A DNA stretch of 64,000 bases, taken from Negaprion brevirostris (taxonomy: Eukaryota). The notes beneath the pieces were generated by a model. That model was not told the DNA's origin, did no database searches, and was given only the letters and a program-made list of their open reading frames with translations. The position numbers were made by a program, and so were the translations under genes. Position 1 is the first letter of the stretch. Every line of letters starts with the position of its first letter. Below, piece by piece: positions 28,031 to 41,616 of this stretch. The stretch spans positions 7,391,896 to 7,455,895 of the forward strand of contig JARDVH010000157.1 in assembly GCA_030324005.1 (NCBI GenBank). Direction: 5' to 3'.

Positions 28031-28236
28031 ACTGTCTGCACGTTCTCCCCATGTCTGCATGGGTTTCCTCCAAGTGCTCTGATTTCCTTCATAGTCTGGT
28101 GCTGGTTAGGCGCCTTGGCCATGCTAAATTCTCTCTGTGTTCCCAAACAGGCGTCGGAATGTGGCGACTGAGGGATTTTCACAGTAACTTCATTTCAGTG
28201 TTAATATAAACCTACTTGTGACACTAATGAATAAAT
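28031..28236 (+). mobile_element. V-SINE, subfamily with cacagtaacttcatt...gtgacactaat tail
   Basis: V-domain gttctccccatgtctgcatgggtttcctcc; same tail as copies at 17036, 39931, 48310, 53365 and 55240. Confidence 0.85.
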
Positions 28237-28542
28237 TTACATAAACATAAAGCTTAAATACAGTATTTTATTAATTCCCAGTTTCTCTATCTAGATATTT
28301 TATTGCTTTAAAAGGTTCAAATTACCAAGTCATTCTTTTGAAGTTAGACAACCATTCAAAATCATACTCAATTTTTGATTAATATATTGAACATGGTGCC
28401 AAAATTGTACCTTTCTTGAAGAAATAAAATTTTTATCAAATATTTACTAGGTACTAATGTCACACTTGTTCAATTATTACTTCTGTTTTAAAAGTGTCAC
28501 TGATGAGGCATCACCATGTGGCGTTCCAACTCATGGAAGACC

Positions 28543-28869
28543 AATTCCAATCCAGATGTCATCTTATGGGTGGGAGGTAATGCATTTGATTTTGACAAAA
28601 GGAGCCTCATTCCCCGAAAACATCTCCCCCTCCTACCCTCACAGCAAATAACCCAGTTATCAGAGATAAATTTGCTTCCAATGTGAAAATCCACGTCTAG
28701 ACACACATTCATTCGGGTTCAGTGTTTTACAGTTTGTTTACAGTGGCAGCTATAATCCAAGCTAAACCCCTCATTTATGCTGTTGACTCCAGTTTAGCAA
28801 TATGGGGTTCCTTCTGTCAAAATCAAATCTATCTCATCCCACCCATAGGATGACATCCACTTTGGAATT
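28543..28869. repeat. Imperfect inverted repeat of about 68 bp (MITE-like)
   Basis: 28543-28610 is similar to the reverse complement of 28802-28869 (shared gatgtcatc.tatgggtggga and atttgattttgaca.aagga). Confidence 0.85.
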
Positions 28870-29267
28870 TGTGAGGCAGCAGTGCTAACCACTGTGCTAC
28901 CTAGCTGCCCAAAATTACTTGTAATTAATCTAATTTGAGTAAAATCAGTGGGACAAAGGTAAGGATAAATTGTTGGGAGAAAACGATGGGTAAGTGCAAC
29001 GATTGTGCAAGGACGTCTATAAAGGATGAATGTGAAAAAGTATTTCATTGTTGGATGAATTCTGGTACAATTCCACTCCGATTCAGAGCTGCCCTTCAAG
29101 GTCACTTCTGATTGGAATCTGTTGGTACAATGTTTTTCTTTGACAAAGCCTATTATTTTCAATGTATTTTCATCTGTCATAAGATTATCATAAATCTCCT
29201 CCTTGGAGACTTGTGTTATTATCAGTGTTCAATTATATTAACATTTATCCTCCATCTGAATTTTTGA

Positions 29268-29528
<261 letters not shown>

Positions 29529-29633
29529 AGGGAAATGCAATATTATACATTTTTCTGACATATTTGCTGCCAGAGAGTTTAAGCCACGACCGGACCAGTT
29601 TTTTTATATATTGGGCTATAACCCAGAGACAAG
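29529..29633 (+). CDS. RERE: RERE/atrophin-family coding exon (end of BAH domain), 105 nt
   Basis: Acceptor ttttttcctttcag ends at 29528. (ag)a completes Arg, then [34 protein letters not shown](ag). Donor gtaagg at 29634. Confidence 0.95.
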
Positions 29634-32204
29634 GTAAGGGGTTCCTGCTTTTCTTTTGGCAAATAGTTTACATAAATGCTCTTAATACGATTTAATCAAA
29701 TATTGAAGATGTCTCCTTGTTCACTTTCATGACAAACCAATTGAAGACAAGAGTGACGTCAAAAAGGATATTAACCAGGTAGCTTCATAGAGGGGAAAAT
29801 TATTTTCAAACCAATGGACAGCATAATCACTACAAAACCTGCATTTAAAAGCTCCCTTTTTTTAGTGCGATATTGTATTAAAGGTAATGAGTTTTGCAAC
29901 TAGCTACATCTCAAGATTACAGCATCCTCTCCTTTCTTCACGCAATGTCACACATTGATCACATAAGGCTGATTTCCTCCCAGGACTCAGCCAATACCAC
30001 CTCAAGTTGTTGGACAGGAGTAGCTTGTGAGCAGGCATCCTCTCTCTCGTTAATATGCTAGAATTCCATTTTGCATCTCCTCGCAGATGTGTAGAGGCTG
30101 GGATGTCACCGGACTTGGAGAATTAACTCTTTTTCCTGCCATGCCATATATCGGTACGTTAATGCTTTGCAAAATCAGCATTTGACGGTATTAAACGTAG
30201 GTTGAAAGTTTAGTTTGGTCTATTCTTTTTCCCTTCAGCAGCTGATCCATACAAAATGTTGTTCGTCCTGTCAAATTTTGTCACTGTGCACTGTGTTGCT
30301 GCTAAGAGTTCAGTGAAGTCTAATGATGGGCTTAAACCTTCGTACTATTCCATTTGTTAGTGCAGACTTGATAGGCCTAATGGCCCCCTCCTGCACTGTA
30401 GGTGTTCTATGGTTCCATGATTCTATGTTACAAATTAAGTAGTGACCATTTTGAGTTCTGTAATGCTATCATGCCGTACTGATGGATTACAGATTACCAG
30501 TAGTGATAGTCATTAATATTACATCCAAAGTACATAGATGCAGCATTACATTTTTTTGGTTCAAGTGTTACTTTGCATTAGTGAATTGCTACCAGCATAT
30601 CTATGGATGACATTGCCCAAACAGTACAACCATAATCTAAAGCTGCAGTTTTCTGGCTGGTGATTCCAAGTAATTTACTATATATGCTCCAAGTAATTCA
30701 CAAAAGTTCCTTGTGCCTTAAACCAGGCAACCAATTAGTCTCTATAGTGAGTACAGCAGGATAAATGTGTTTCAGCTTTTGCATTTGCTGGCACATTTCA
30801 GACCTTGCTATAAATAAAGTTTGTTCAATATGCCATTTCTTAAATATTCCAAAATAACTTTGTAACCCTTTAAATGTAAATTTTGAATCTCTATGGTAAG
30901 GAGCCTGCCACTCAGTGAGTAAGTCTATTGTCAATTGTTTCACTCGATAGAGTACAGTGAAAATAGAGTTTCATCTCTGGCAGTGGAAAATACCACGTGG
31001 TATACAGTGTAGTTGCATCTTTGGACAAAATCTGCTGCTGGTTGTCGTCAACCCTGAAATCTACTTTTCATCTGACCATAGGTAGCAGAAAGGAAAATAC
31101 AAAAAGCCTCACATGACAATGTTTCTCAAACGTTTCAGCATGGGCAGAGTTGCTACTTGAGCTTACGTTGATTAATTTTTTAAGTCATCTTGTTTGGATT
31201 TTGTACTCGATCATGTTTAAATCACTTAATGATCTTGTTCCTCCCCATCTTTCTACCCACATGTAGACCCCCCTCCACCCCACCCCAACTGTTTGTTTGT
31301 GTAGAAGATGAGCAAGAGGAACATTCTTCCACTTGTTCTAATTTACTGTGGTGCCTTCAGCCTTCTGAGCTACACTTTCTGGAATCCGTGCCTAATTGCC
31401 TTTGTCTCTGCATCTACTTCGTTTTTGCGACTTACCTAATTGTCCAAGCTTTTGGTTGTCAATCCTAAAAATGGATATTCGCTTTCACAGTGAAACACTG
31501 CCATAGAATCACACTACTCAGTTACTCTGCTCACTATAGACTGGCAATCCAGATCCAGATAGAATATTCTGACCAGAGCTGACCATCGAACAATTGTAAT
31601 TATTCATGGATTGCCCCTTTTTCAGAGGTCTCAGACGCAGCTAGGACTCTCACCCACAGCCCCAAGGTTTTGAATCTTTCATCTGTGTCAATGAATTTGG
31701 CTGATTTGTTCCAAGATCTTTTGATGACCTATTAGAGTTAAAAGCATGAATAAACCACCACAGTTTTAATAATGTAGCTAGGTTGCCAAGTACTTGAAAA
31801 AGCACAGAATCATAGATCTTTACAGCGTGGAAAGAGGTAATTTGGCTCAATGTGTCTGTGCCGTGTCTGTGTGAGGGCAATCCAAAACATTCTATCTTCT
31901 TCTAATTATACTGGATATCCAGTTTTCCCTTGCAATATGCATTGGTATCTGTCCAAAACTCCAGTTAGCAGTCTAAACATGTCCTCACCAATTGTATAAA
32001 TTTATCATTATTTACTTTTGTATTCTGTGCTCCTATTTATAAAATCTAGAATAATTTTGGATTTCTGTTCTGCACAAGCGGTTACACTTTAAGAGGATTA
32101 CATATTTAAACCCTTAGGTTTTTCTTTCTGCAGTATTTATTCCCATTCCTTATTTTTCACTCCAGAATGTGTGGGCTCATAATCATCAACACCAAATTTG
32201 TCTC

Positions 32205-33375
32205 ATCGGATGTGCAACATAGAAACAGGCCTTTTGGCCCAAACAGTTAATGCCAGTGTTAATGCTCCACTCAAACCTCTTGCCATTTTCTCATCTAAAT
32301 CTTACGTTATAACCCTCTATTCCCTAATATGCATGTCTAGTTTTCCCTTAAATCAATCTACAATATTTGCTGCCCCCCCCCCCTCTCCCCTCCAATGATA
32401 GTGAGTTCCACATTCTTACCACTCTTTGGATGAAGAAGTTTCTTCTCAATTTCTTGGTGATGTTTGTTTGTAATTATCTGATATTGATGGCCTCTGATTA
32501 TACTGTTCCCCACAAGGGTATTATTAAACTAGAAAGAGTGCAGAAAATATTTACTAGGATGCTACCGGGACTTGGTGGTTTTAGTTATGAGAGGCTGGAT
32601 AAACTGGGACATTTTTCCTTGGAGTGTAGGAGGCTTAGGGGTGATCTTATAGAGGTCTGTAAAATAATGAGGGACATAGATAGTCAGCATCATTTCCCAT
32701 AGGTAAGGGCATCTAAAGCTAGAGGGCTACAGATCTGGAGTCACATCTAGGTCAGGCCAGGTAAGGATGGCAGATTTCCCTCCCTAGTGAACCAGATAGA
32801 TTATGACAATTGATGGTAGTTTCATGGTCACCATTACTGAGAAAATTCCACCACCTGCCATGTTGGGATTTGAGCCTGTGCCCCCACAGCATTGGCCTGG
32901 GCCTCTAGGTTACTGGTCCAATTTCATTGTCTCTCTACCCCTAGGTTTAGGTGAGAGCGGAGACATACAAAAGGGTCCAGAGGGGCAATTTTTTCACACA
33001 GAGGGTGGTGAGTGTCTGGAATGTGCTGATGGAGGTAGTAGTAGAGGCAGGAACAATTTTGTCTTTTAAAAGGCATTTAGAGAGTTACATGGGTAAAATA
33101 GGCATAGAGGGATATGGGCCAAATTTGGGCAATTGGGACTAGCTTAATGGTTAAAAACTGGGTGGCATGGACAAGTTGCGCTGAAGGTCTTGTTTCCATG
33201 CTGTAAACCTCCATGACTCTGAGGAAACATTCTAACAAATACTCTATCAAAATCTCTCATAATTTTAAAGACTTCTTTCAGATTACTTCTCAGATGTTTT
33301 TCAAGAGAGAAGAAATCTAGCCTATCAATCCTTTCCTGATACATATGGTCACACATTCCTGGTCCCATCCTTTAT
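32205..33375. mobile_element. Nested CR1s: a minus-strand CR1 3' end split by a plus-strand CR1 3' end (about 32517-33220), which is itself split by an inverted SINE copy
   Basis: Minus CR1 breaks at cccacaag and resumes gaggaaacat. Plus CR1 reads LERVQKIFTRMLPGL...RRLRGDLIEV and NFFTQRVVSVWN. Confidence 0.8.
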
Positions 33376-33381
33376 CAGTTC

Positions 33382-33745
33382 AGAGACAATGAAACTGGAC
33401 CAGTAACCTAGAGGCCCAGGCCAATGCTGTGGGGGCACAGACTCAAATCCCAACATGGCAGCTGGTGGAATTCTAATTCAATTAATAAAAATCTGAAATT
33501 GAAAACTAGTCTCAGTAATGGTGACCATGAAACTACCATCGATTGTCATAACCTATCTGGTTCACTAAGGAGGGAACTAACCTCCTTATGTGACCTGACC
33601 TAGATGTGACTCCAGATGTATAGTAATGTGATTACTCTTGGCTGCCCTCTTGAAATTGCCTAGCCATTCAGTTCAAGAGCAATTAGGTTTGGGAAACAAA
33701 TGCTGGTGCTGCCAGTGACACCCACATCCCGTGAGAGAATAAATA
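33382..33745 (+). mobile_element. SINE with CR1/L2-group LINE tail
   Basis: ggaccagtaacctagaggcccagg...gtgaccatgaaact...gtgactccaga...aaatgctggtgctgccagtgacacccacatccc; same family as 37351-37800. Confidence 0.75.
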
Positions 33746-34625
33746 CATTTGAAGTCTATTACACTCTTTTTTTTTGCTTTTTGTCGTTCTGCCTGCTTTG
33801 TGCTGTCAGCGAATTTCAAGCTTGTGCACCCTTTTCAAAAAATCAAATCATTGCTATGCACATCAAAAAAGCAACGTGCTGGTACACCGTTTCTGCGCTT
33901 TTCCCCCTCAGAGTAGCATTTGTTTATGTTAGATGTGAGAAAGTTGTTTTGCAGATGGAAAATTATCCATGCCACTACGCTTCCTCACATACCATACAGT
34001 TGAGTTTTCCTGACAAGCCTCTTTTCACTCTATGGCACATCTTCTGAAAATCTGCAGTACTTCTCTCAGCGAAACAGTTACTTCTTCAAGAAAAATCCAT
34101 TAAGTTTGCCAAAATAGCTACGATGGCAGGCAATTAACATGTTGCCCAATCAGCTAACAAAAGCCCTATTCAACAGAACAACACTAATAAGTCTGCTTCC
34201 AGTCAGAATTTTGAACTCCAGTTTGACAGAAACCAAAAACCATATTAATTGACTTCNNNNNNNNNNNNNNNNNNNNNNNNNNNNNNNNNNNNNNNNNNNN
34301 NNNNNNNNNNNNNNNNNNNNNNNNNNNNNNNNNNNNNNNNNNNNNNNNNNNNNNNNAGAAACCAAAACCCATATTAATTGACTTCAGCCTGCCAGACCTC
34401 GTATAAGCAACTTGGAGATTAGCTTTAACCCTGTGTAGCAATCAGTAGAGAGACTGAAGGAAAATGGTGTAATTGAAATTGCAATGCAGCAGCAGAAATG
34501 TCATCATGGGAGTGCAACAAACATAAAAGTTTATTGCGCTGGGTAGAAATTCAACAATTTCTCAGACCATGTCAATTCCCCTTGTGGGCCCATTAGATGC
34601 TAGTGATGACGGTTTGAAACCCACA

Positions 34626-34947
34626 TGGAGCTGCACAGTGGTTAGCATTGCTACCGTATAGCGACAGGGACCCGGGTTCAATTCCCGGCTTGGGTCACTG
34701 GGGTGTCTGCAAATTCGCCCCATGTCTGCGTGGGTTTTCTCTGAGTGCTCCGGTTTTCTTCCACCATCCAAAGATGTGCATGTTAGGTGGATTGGCCATG
34801 CTAAACTGCCCCTTAGTGTCCTGGGATGTGTTGGTTAGAGGGATTAGCAGGGTAAATTTGTGGGATAGGCCCTGGGTGGGATTGTTGTCATTGCAGACCC
34901 AATGGGTTGAATGGCCTCCTTCTGCACTGTAGCTGTTCTATTCTATG
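34626..34947 (+). mobile_element. V-SINE, near full length
   Basis: gcacagtggttagcattgct, gacccgggttcaattccc, V-domain, tail aatggcctccttctgcactgtag. Confidence 0.9.
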
Positions 34948-35899
34948 AAGTACAAAATTGGTGTGTTTTTACATTCATACGCTCTGATGAGGATATGGCT
35001 TTTATTTTCTCCCTAATAGTCAATTATTTCTACGCCCATCTCCCACCTCTGCCTGACACTTGTATAGTGTAATTTGTTATGCTGTTTTCGCACTACACCT
35101 ACCTCTGCAACACCAATCACATTTCAGTCACCTTGTGATGGGAAGCATTGCTCTGGAGTGGAGGAGGTCAGTGATCCGTGCATGCAGAGTGTTATTTATT
35201 GGCTTCCAAGTGCAGGCTCCCTCCACAGATTGAATATAAGCTGACAGGCCCCTCAGCTTTTCCTGATCAGCAGAAATGAAAAGCAAGTCTGCTGTGATGC
35301 CTGAATTTTTATCAAAGTTTTTAAAAAGACTTTACACAGCACAGTATAATTGGCCCCTGGTGTGCAAAAGCAAGAAAGAGAGAAGCAGGATATCACCTGT
35401 TGAAGATGATACTGCTTACTCTGGCAGGTTTAACAGTATTTTTTTCAGGCATTCACATCACTGCGTACAGTACTTCAAGGTCATTTTTAAAAATATGTGC
35501 AGTCAAATGTTCAACTCGGTGATCATGTGCAGAGTAGAATATGACCCCCCGACATAAATTGAAGTAGATATCTGAAAGAGAGATTTTGGCAGTTCAGTAA
35601 AAACCAATTTTGGCACATTGGAACATTACCCTGGGCCTCACTCAACTCGGGAGGGAGCTGTTGTTCTTTCAGTGCTTACGCTGTAGAAGTACCAGTGTGG
35701 TGATTTTGATACTAGTTTACTGGTATTTCTTCTGTATTATTGGAGTGAAAACATAACTGATAAAGCAATGTATGTTCCAGCACACACAATTGCTCTATCG
35801 TAGCTTAATTTTAATGCTGAAGACTCAACGCACATTTTACATTATTTGGCAGTTTTTTTCATTAAAGCTTTGTTATTTATCTACTGGAGATGTCAGTTT

Positions 35900-36260
35900 T
35901 GAATCAGTGGGAACGCTTACCTTTTAGTCAGGGAGATCGTGGATTCAAACACCATTGCATAGAAATGTTGACCATGCCAGCAATTGCTCCCAAGAGCAAG
36001 AAAAAGAACTGAACCCATACTCTCAACCGCTACTCCAGTGCAACAATGAGGGAATGNNNNNNNNNNGCTGTAAAGGGTGCTGTCTTTTGGACAAGGTGTG
36101 AAAATTAGGTTCCTGTCTTCCTCCATGGCTGGATTAGAAAATTCCATGGCAGCATTCAAAAAAAGAATTATTGTACAACCTTGGCCAAGATTGGTATATC
36201 AACCAACACCACCAAAACAGGTTAACTGCCAGTTCTCTCATTGCTGTTTGGTGTACACAT
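35900..36260 (+). mobile_element. Old SINE with Deu-domain-like core (SacSINE/AmnSINE-like)
   Basis: tgagggaatg...ggtgctgtctttt...attccatggcagcattcaaa...ccttggccaa...ctcattgctgttt. Related pieces at about 39115, 43595, 44030 (minus) and 59950. Confidence 0.5.
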
Positions 36261-36304
36261 GTCAGTGTAGCTGTCATCATTTCCTACAGAGATCTTGCTA
36301 ACGC

Positions 36305-37080
36305 TATACGGACACTAGTTAGATCACACTTAGAATACTGTGAACAGTTTTGGTCCCCTTTTCGAAGGAATGTATGCTGGCATTGAAGGCAGAGTAAGTT
36401 TGCTTGGTTGATCACGTATATGGAGGGATTTGAGCTTTGACAAAGGGTCATCTGGACGTGCAACGTCAGCTCTTTTCTTTCTGTACACATGTCAGACCTG
36501 CTGAGATTTTCCAGCATTTTCTCTTTTGGGCTCTTAGGAGGAAAGGTTGAGTAGATTGAGCTGTACTCATTGGAGTTCAGAAGAATGAGAGGTGATCTTA
36601 TTGAAACATATAGGATTCTCGGGGGGCTTGGCTGAGTAGGTGCTGAGAGGTTGTTTACCTTTGTGGAAGAGACTAGAACCAGAGGGCATAATCTCAGAGT
36701 GAGCGGTCACCCAGTTAAGACATAGATGTGGAAGAATTTAGTGAAATAGTGAAGCTGTGGAATTCTTTTCCACAGAAGGCTGTAGTGACTCGGTCGTNNN
36801 NNNNNNNNNNNNNNNNNNNNNNNNNNNNNNNNNNNNNNNNNNNNNNNNNNNNNNNNNNNNNNNNNNNNNNNNNNNNNNNNNNNNNNNNNNNNNNNNNGTT
36901 AAATATGTTCAAGGCTGAGATAGACAAATTTTCAATCAACAAGGGATTCAAGGATTATGGGGCAAGTTGGGAAAGTGGAGTTGAGGCCTGTCAAATCAGA
37001 TCGGTCATAATCTCACTGAATGGTGGAGCAGACTCCGTGGGCTGAATGGTCTACTTCTGCTCCTACATTTTATAGTCTAT
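36305..37080 (+). mobile_element. CR1 LINE 3' portion, interrupted by a Penelope-type repeat (about 36430-36528)
   Basis: TLVRSHLEYCEQFWSP; gaatgagaggtgatcttattgaaac; tail gggctgaatggtctacttctgctcct. Confidence 0.85.
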
Positions 37081-37350
37081 TAGTTAAAATACTTCAAAAG
37101 TGTATCAGTTTGGGGACATAGGTTGTGAATGATGCTTTATAAATGATAATGCTAGTTGTTTTTGATCTGCAGTGATGAAACTGTTGCAGTTTTTAGGCGA
37201 ATTAGAATAAGCCTACATTATGCTAAGGCAGAAAGACCAAGCATGGACTTATTAGAATCTGCACCTGTGGCTGACTGTATGTAAAAGGACAGTTGTTTGC
37301 TCCTAAGTTTGGGAGCAATTACAGCTGTTCCCTGCAATACATTACGAAGT

Positions 37351-37800
37351 GGAGGCAGTGGTGTGATGGACTAGTAACTCAGAGCGCCAGTGTAATTCTG
37401 AAGACCCAGGTTTGAATCCTACCGTGGCAGATGATGAAATTTGAATTCAATAAAAAATCTTAAATTAAAGATCTAACAGTGACNNNNNNNNNNNNNNNNN
37501 NNNNNNNNNNNNNNNNNNNNNNNNNNNNNNNNNNNNNNNNNNNNNNNNNNNNNNNNNNNNNNNNNNNNNNNNNNNNNNNNNNNAATTTGAATTCAATAAA
37601 AAATCTGAAATTAAAGATCTAACAGTGACCACGAAACTATTATTGATTGTCGTAAAAACCCATCTGGTTCACCAACATCCTGTAGGGAAGGAAATCTGTC
37701 GCCCTTATCTGGTCTGGCCTACATGTGACTCCAGACCTACAGCAATGTGGTTGACTCTTAATTGCTTTCAGGGATGGGCAATAAATGCTGGCCCAGGAAC
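37351..37800 (+). mobile_element. SINE with CR1/L2-group LINE tail (gap-containing)
   Basis: ggactagtaactcagag...ggtttgaatcctacc...gggatgggcaataaatgctggccc. Confidence 0.75.
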
Positions 37801-38097
37801 AAATTTGAAAAAAGAGAAACTTGATAATCTACCTGGTGCTGTTGGAAGCACTAGTGGTTTGACAATGACGTTTTACAAGCAAATGCCGATAAATTTTACA
37901 GAAAATTAAGATAAGCTTCACATGACGTGAAATTTTGTCTAAAGAAATAATAGCAACTGTGCCACAGTAATGATGCAGAAACTACACACGGGTTAGTGGG
38001 ATCAGCAGTTATGATTTAGAAACATTGGTATCTGAATCATCCTGGTGTGGATGGGAGAAAGGAGTGAGGGGGAATGGAATTAAGGGATTTATTCCTT

Positions 38098-38330
38098 TTG
38101 GAGCGAGTACAGAAAAGATTTACCAGGATGCTGCCTGGTCTGGAGGGCATCAGCTATGAGGCAAGGTTGGAGAAACTTAGTTTGTTTTCACTGGAACGNN
38201 NNNNNNNNNNNNNNNNNNNNNNNNNNNNNNNNNNNNNNNNNNNNNNNNNNNNNNNNNNNNNNNNNNNNNNNNNNNTCCCAGGGTGGAAGAGTCAGTTATT
38301 TGGGGGCATAGGTTTAAGATGCGAGGTTGT
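38098..38330 (+). mobile_element. CR1 LINE fragment
   Basis: LERVQKRFTRMLPGLEGISYEARLEKL. Confidence 0.85.
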
Positions 38331-39930
38331 GTATAATTAAAACGTTGTGTACAGATCGACTGGTAATGCAGCTTGCACTCAATTGAAGAAAAATTGAGGT
38401 CCATGGCATCCACCAACAATTATAGCCATGTGCTTTTGCTAGCAGCTACCAGCTTGAAAAGCCACCACCCCAGTGCAAGTCTTGACTTCTAAGTCCCTAG
38501 TATCAGTGCTTCTACTGTAACAATGAACGAGCTTTGACATGCTGATGCAATACAAATGGGACATTGATAAAATGTGGTAGGGGAACAGGAGTCACTTGTC
38601 ATACGAAGTAATGATCAGAAATCCAGACTGATTTTATAATTTGCAAGATAATAAAATGGTTTTGTATATCACATAAACACAAGTAGGTGAATAATTCAAA
38701 AGATCGCAGAGCACACTAACACCCTGAGGTTGTGATGCCCTTCAACAGATCATCTCTCACGGATTTGAGTTCATGTAATATATAATGCGTGTGTTATTAT
38801 GGTGCCATCCCTAGCATGTTGTTATCAGTGATAGATTATTTATTCAAAAATACCTAGAAAGAGCACTATAGTTTTTAATGTGGTTTCAAAATGTTTTTAA
38901 CTTGGACATATAAAAAGAGGTTGGAAACATGAAATGAAAATAGAAAATATGTCTTTGTCGACATTTGATAAGAGAAGACATATTATTGTCTAGTAATCTA
39001 ACTTCACTCTCTTTGCACACTTAAATACCTCAGCAAAGTTGTTGTTTGGCTCAACATACTTATCTGCAAGTTGGATTTAGAGATTTCAATCCCATTTCAG
39101 ACCTCAAACTCATGGTGATGCAGTGCTGAGGGAGTGCTGTATTGTCGGAGGTGCTATTTCTCAGATGAGGTCTTGAACCATGGCATCTACAGCAGGTGGA
39201 CATCTGAAATGCCATGTTACTATTTGAAGCGTAGGAACTCAACAGTGGCCTCACCAGGGTTTCTCCTTTGTTGCAACTTGGTGTGAGCAAAATACATAGC
39301 AAGAATGACATGATTTCAAAAGTAATTTTTTGGATGGCAAGTGCATTGGAACTAAGTTATGATTAGGGACTGTATTTCTAGCATTTTCAATGATGGTGCT
39401 GGCTTAAGCTTGTTTATAGTTCTACACATTTCGTTGTTTGGAGATCTAATGACTATTTTATTTTACAAAGGATTATTCAAGTCTCCATGCTCAAACCTTT
39501 TCTTTCTGATTCCATTCGCATTTTCATGCCTTTATTCTTAAATTTGTAATTTACCCACCCTTTAATATGTCTGCCACCACTGACATCTGAAACCTATCAA
39601 GATTAATAGCTTACAGGCGTGAAAAATGAAAGCAGCAGGAATTTTGTTTTTTTAAGGAGTATATGTGGGTTCATTATTATTTAAATACAACTTAATAAGA
39701 AAACACAGCAAATTAGTGTAGCTATCGCTGCAGTAAATGTATTGCGGAGACCAAAATATGACTAATTGCCACTTAGAATTGATATAAACCAGTATTAAAT
39801 AGACCAGCTTAAAGCAAAATCAGACTCATGTTTATGTAGCACCATTTCAAGCATCTTAGAAATTTTCCAGAAATTTGCACGGCACATTATTTTGAGGTTA
39901 ATGCACTGTTGTATAATTGTGCACAGCAAG

Positions 39931-40180
39931 GGTATAGTGGTTAGCATTGCTGCCTCACAGAGCTGGGGACCCGGGTTCGATTCCCGGCTTGGGTCGCAGT
40001 CTGTGTGGAGTTTGCATGTTCTCCCCGTGTCAGCATGGGTTTCCGGTCTCCTCCCACAGTCTGACTGACGTGCTGGTTAGGTGCATTGACCTGAACGAGT
40101 GCTGGAGTGTGGCGACTTGGAGAATTTCACAGTAACTTCATTGCAATATTAATGTAAGCCTTATTTTAACTTTTAACTTT
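39931..40180 (+). mobile_element. V-SINE
   Basis: A and B boxes, V-domain gtggagtttgcatgttctccccgtg, tail cacagtaacttcattgc. Confidence 0.88.
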
Positions 40181-41616
40181 GTGCATCTGCAAACAACCAC
40201 CTTCAACAGAGCAGCAGTTGTTTAGACCTCATGGGCAGAGGTTGGTGCGTGAGAAAATAAAACCAAATTAGAGAAAAAGGAGCAGCTGAGTTTGTACATG
40301 TGCTCTCATTGGACAAAGGATTGGATTTGCTACAGTCAAGTGACCAACTTATCCATCTAAAATAGCTGTTTAATCAGATCTTGCCATTTTGCATTGTGAG
40401 GAGAGAGCCTCACTTTCACTCCACTTTACATAGTTTTATATTATGGCAGAGACTATGAGACAAACTATAAGCTTTGTTAAAACTCTTTGAATGAAGCTAT
40501 TCCAATGTTTTCCCATCTGCAACTTAACTTGCAACCCAAGATATTTAATTTCACAGCTCAGTGCTTCAGATTTAGAATTTGTCTGAAGAAAAGTTTGCGT
40601 TTTTGATTTATAGGTTAAGTATGTAATGATGGGTCCATCTGAAATTTGAGATGGATCAAAAAATTTGATGAACTGGACATGCCCAGGGCAGAATTAGCTG
40701 ATCTCAGTTTGACAAGAGCTACAGTTGGTTCTAGTACTTCTGGATAAGGCAAAGGAAGCGTTAGCCAAGTTTGCTCACTCCTAATGGCCACCAAGTAAGC
40801 ACGTGTTGGCTAGTACACGTCTATGTTGTGATACCGCTGTGGTGAAGTAACCTGGCAACACTTGCTGTTTGGGAACAAGAGGTGGAAAAGTGTGCAGGGG
40901 TTTCTGCATTTGTGATCCCAAACTGTAGCAGAAGTAGATATCTTGAGGCGAGGAAGGAAGAAGAATACAAACGAGTGACATCTTTTACAGTGCCAATAGA
41001 GACTGATAACTTTAAAAGAAATTTAAATTCCCTTAAAGAGAACTTAAAGGAATCATATAGCAAAATTTTATATTTCAACATTTTTAGTGTAACAGACAAA
41101 TTAAAAGTCAACATCAATGGAACAGTTCTTAGGCAACAAATCCTCTGACTGCAGAAAAAATGTTCCTTTTTAGTTTCTGAACATGATCAGTAGTGGACAG
41201 GCATGTTTATATGTTACGTCGCACTCTCTGTAGAATGGTAGTCTTTTCAGATACTTGACCACAGTCGCTCCCAGTTTCCAATAAGCCTGCTTCTCCTCAC
41301 TTTATTGAATTACATTCAAAGTTGTTTCCGTCTGAGAATCCCTGAATTGCCTTCCAATAGCAAAGTACATTCTGGTGCTTCCCCCTCTCGGCCGCACCAG
41401 GACAAATGTTTTTAAATTAATTCTTTCAAAGGATGTAGGTATTATTGGCTAAACCAAATTTTATTGCTCATCACTAATTTCTCTTGAGGAGGTGATGGTG
41501 AGCCATTGTCTTGAAGCGCTGCAGTCTATGTGGTGTAGACTGCATAGTAACCACAATGCTGTTTGGGTAGGAGTTCCAGGACTTTGATCCAGTGGTAATG
41601 AAAGAACAGTGATGTA

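Noticed and set aside
34226-34386. Direct repeat agaaaccaaaa.catattaattgacttc on both sides of a gap
   Set aside because: Flanks a 100-N gap; typical unmerged contig overlap.
37438-37629. Direct repeat aatttgaattcaataaaaaatc...aacagtgac
   Set aside because: Flanks a 100-N gap; assembly artefact.
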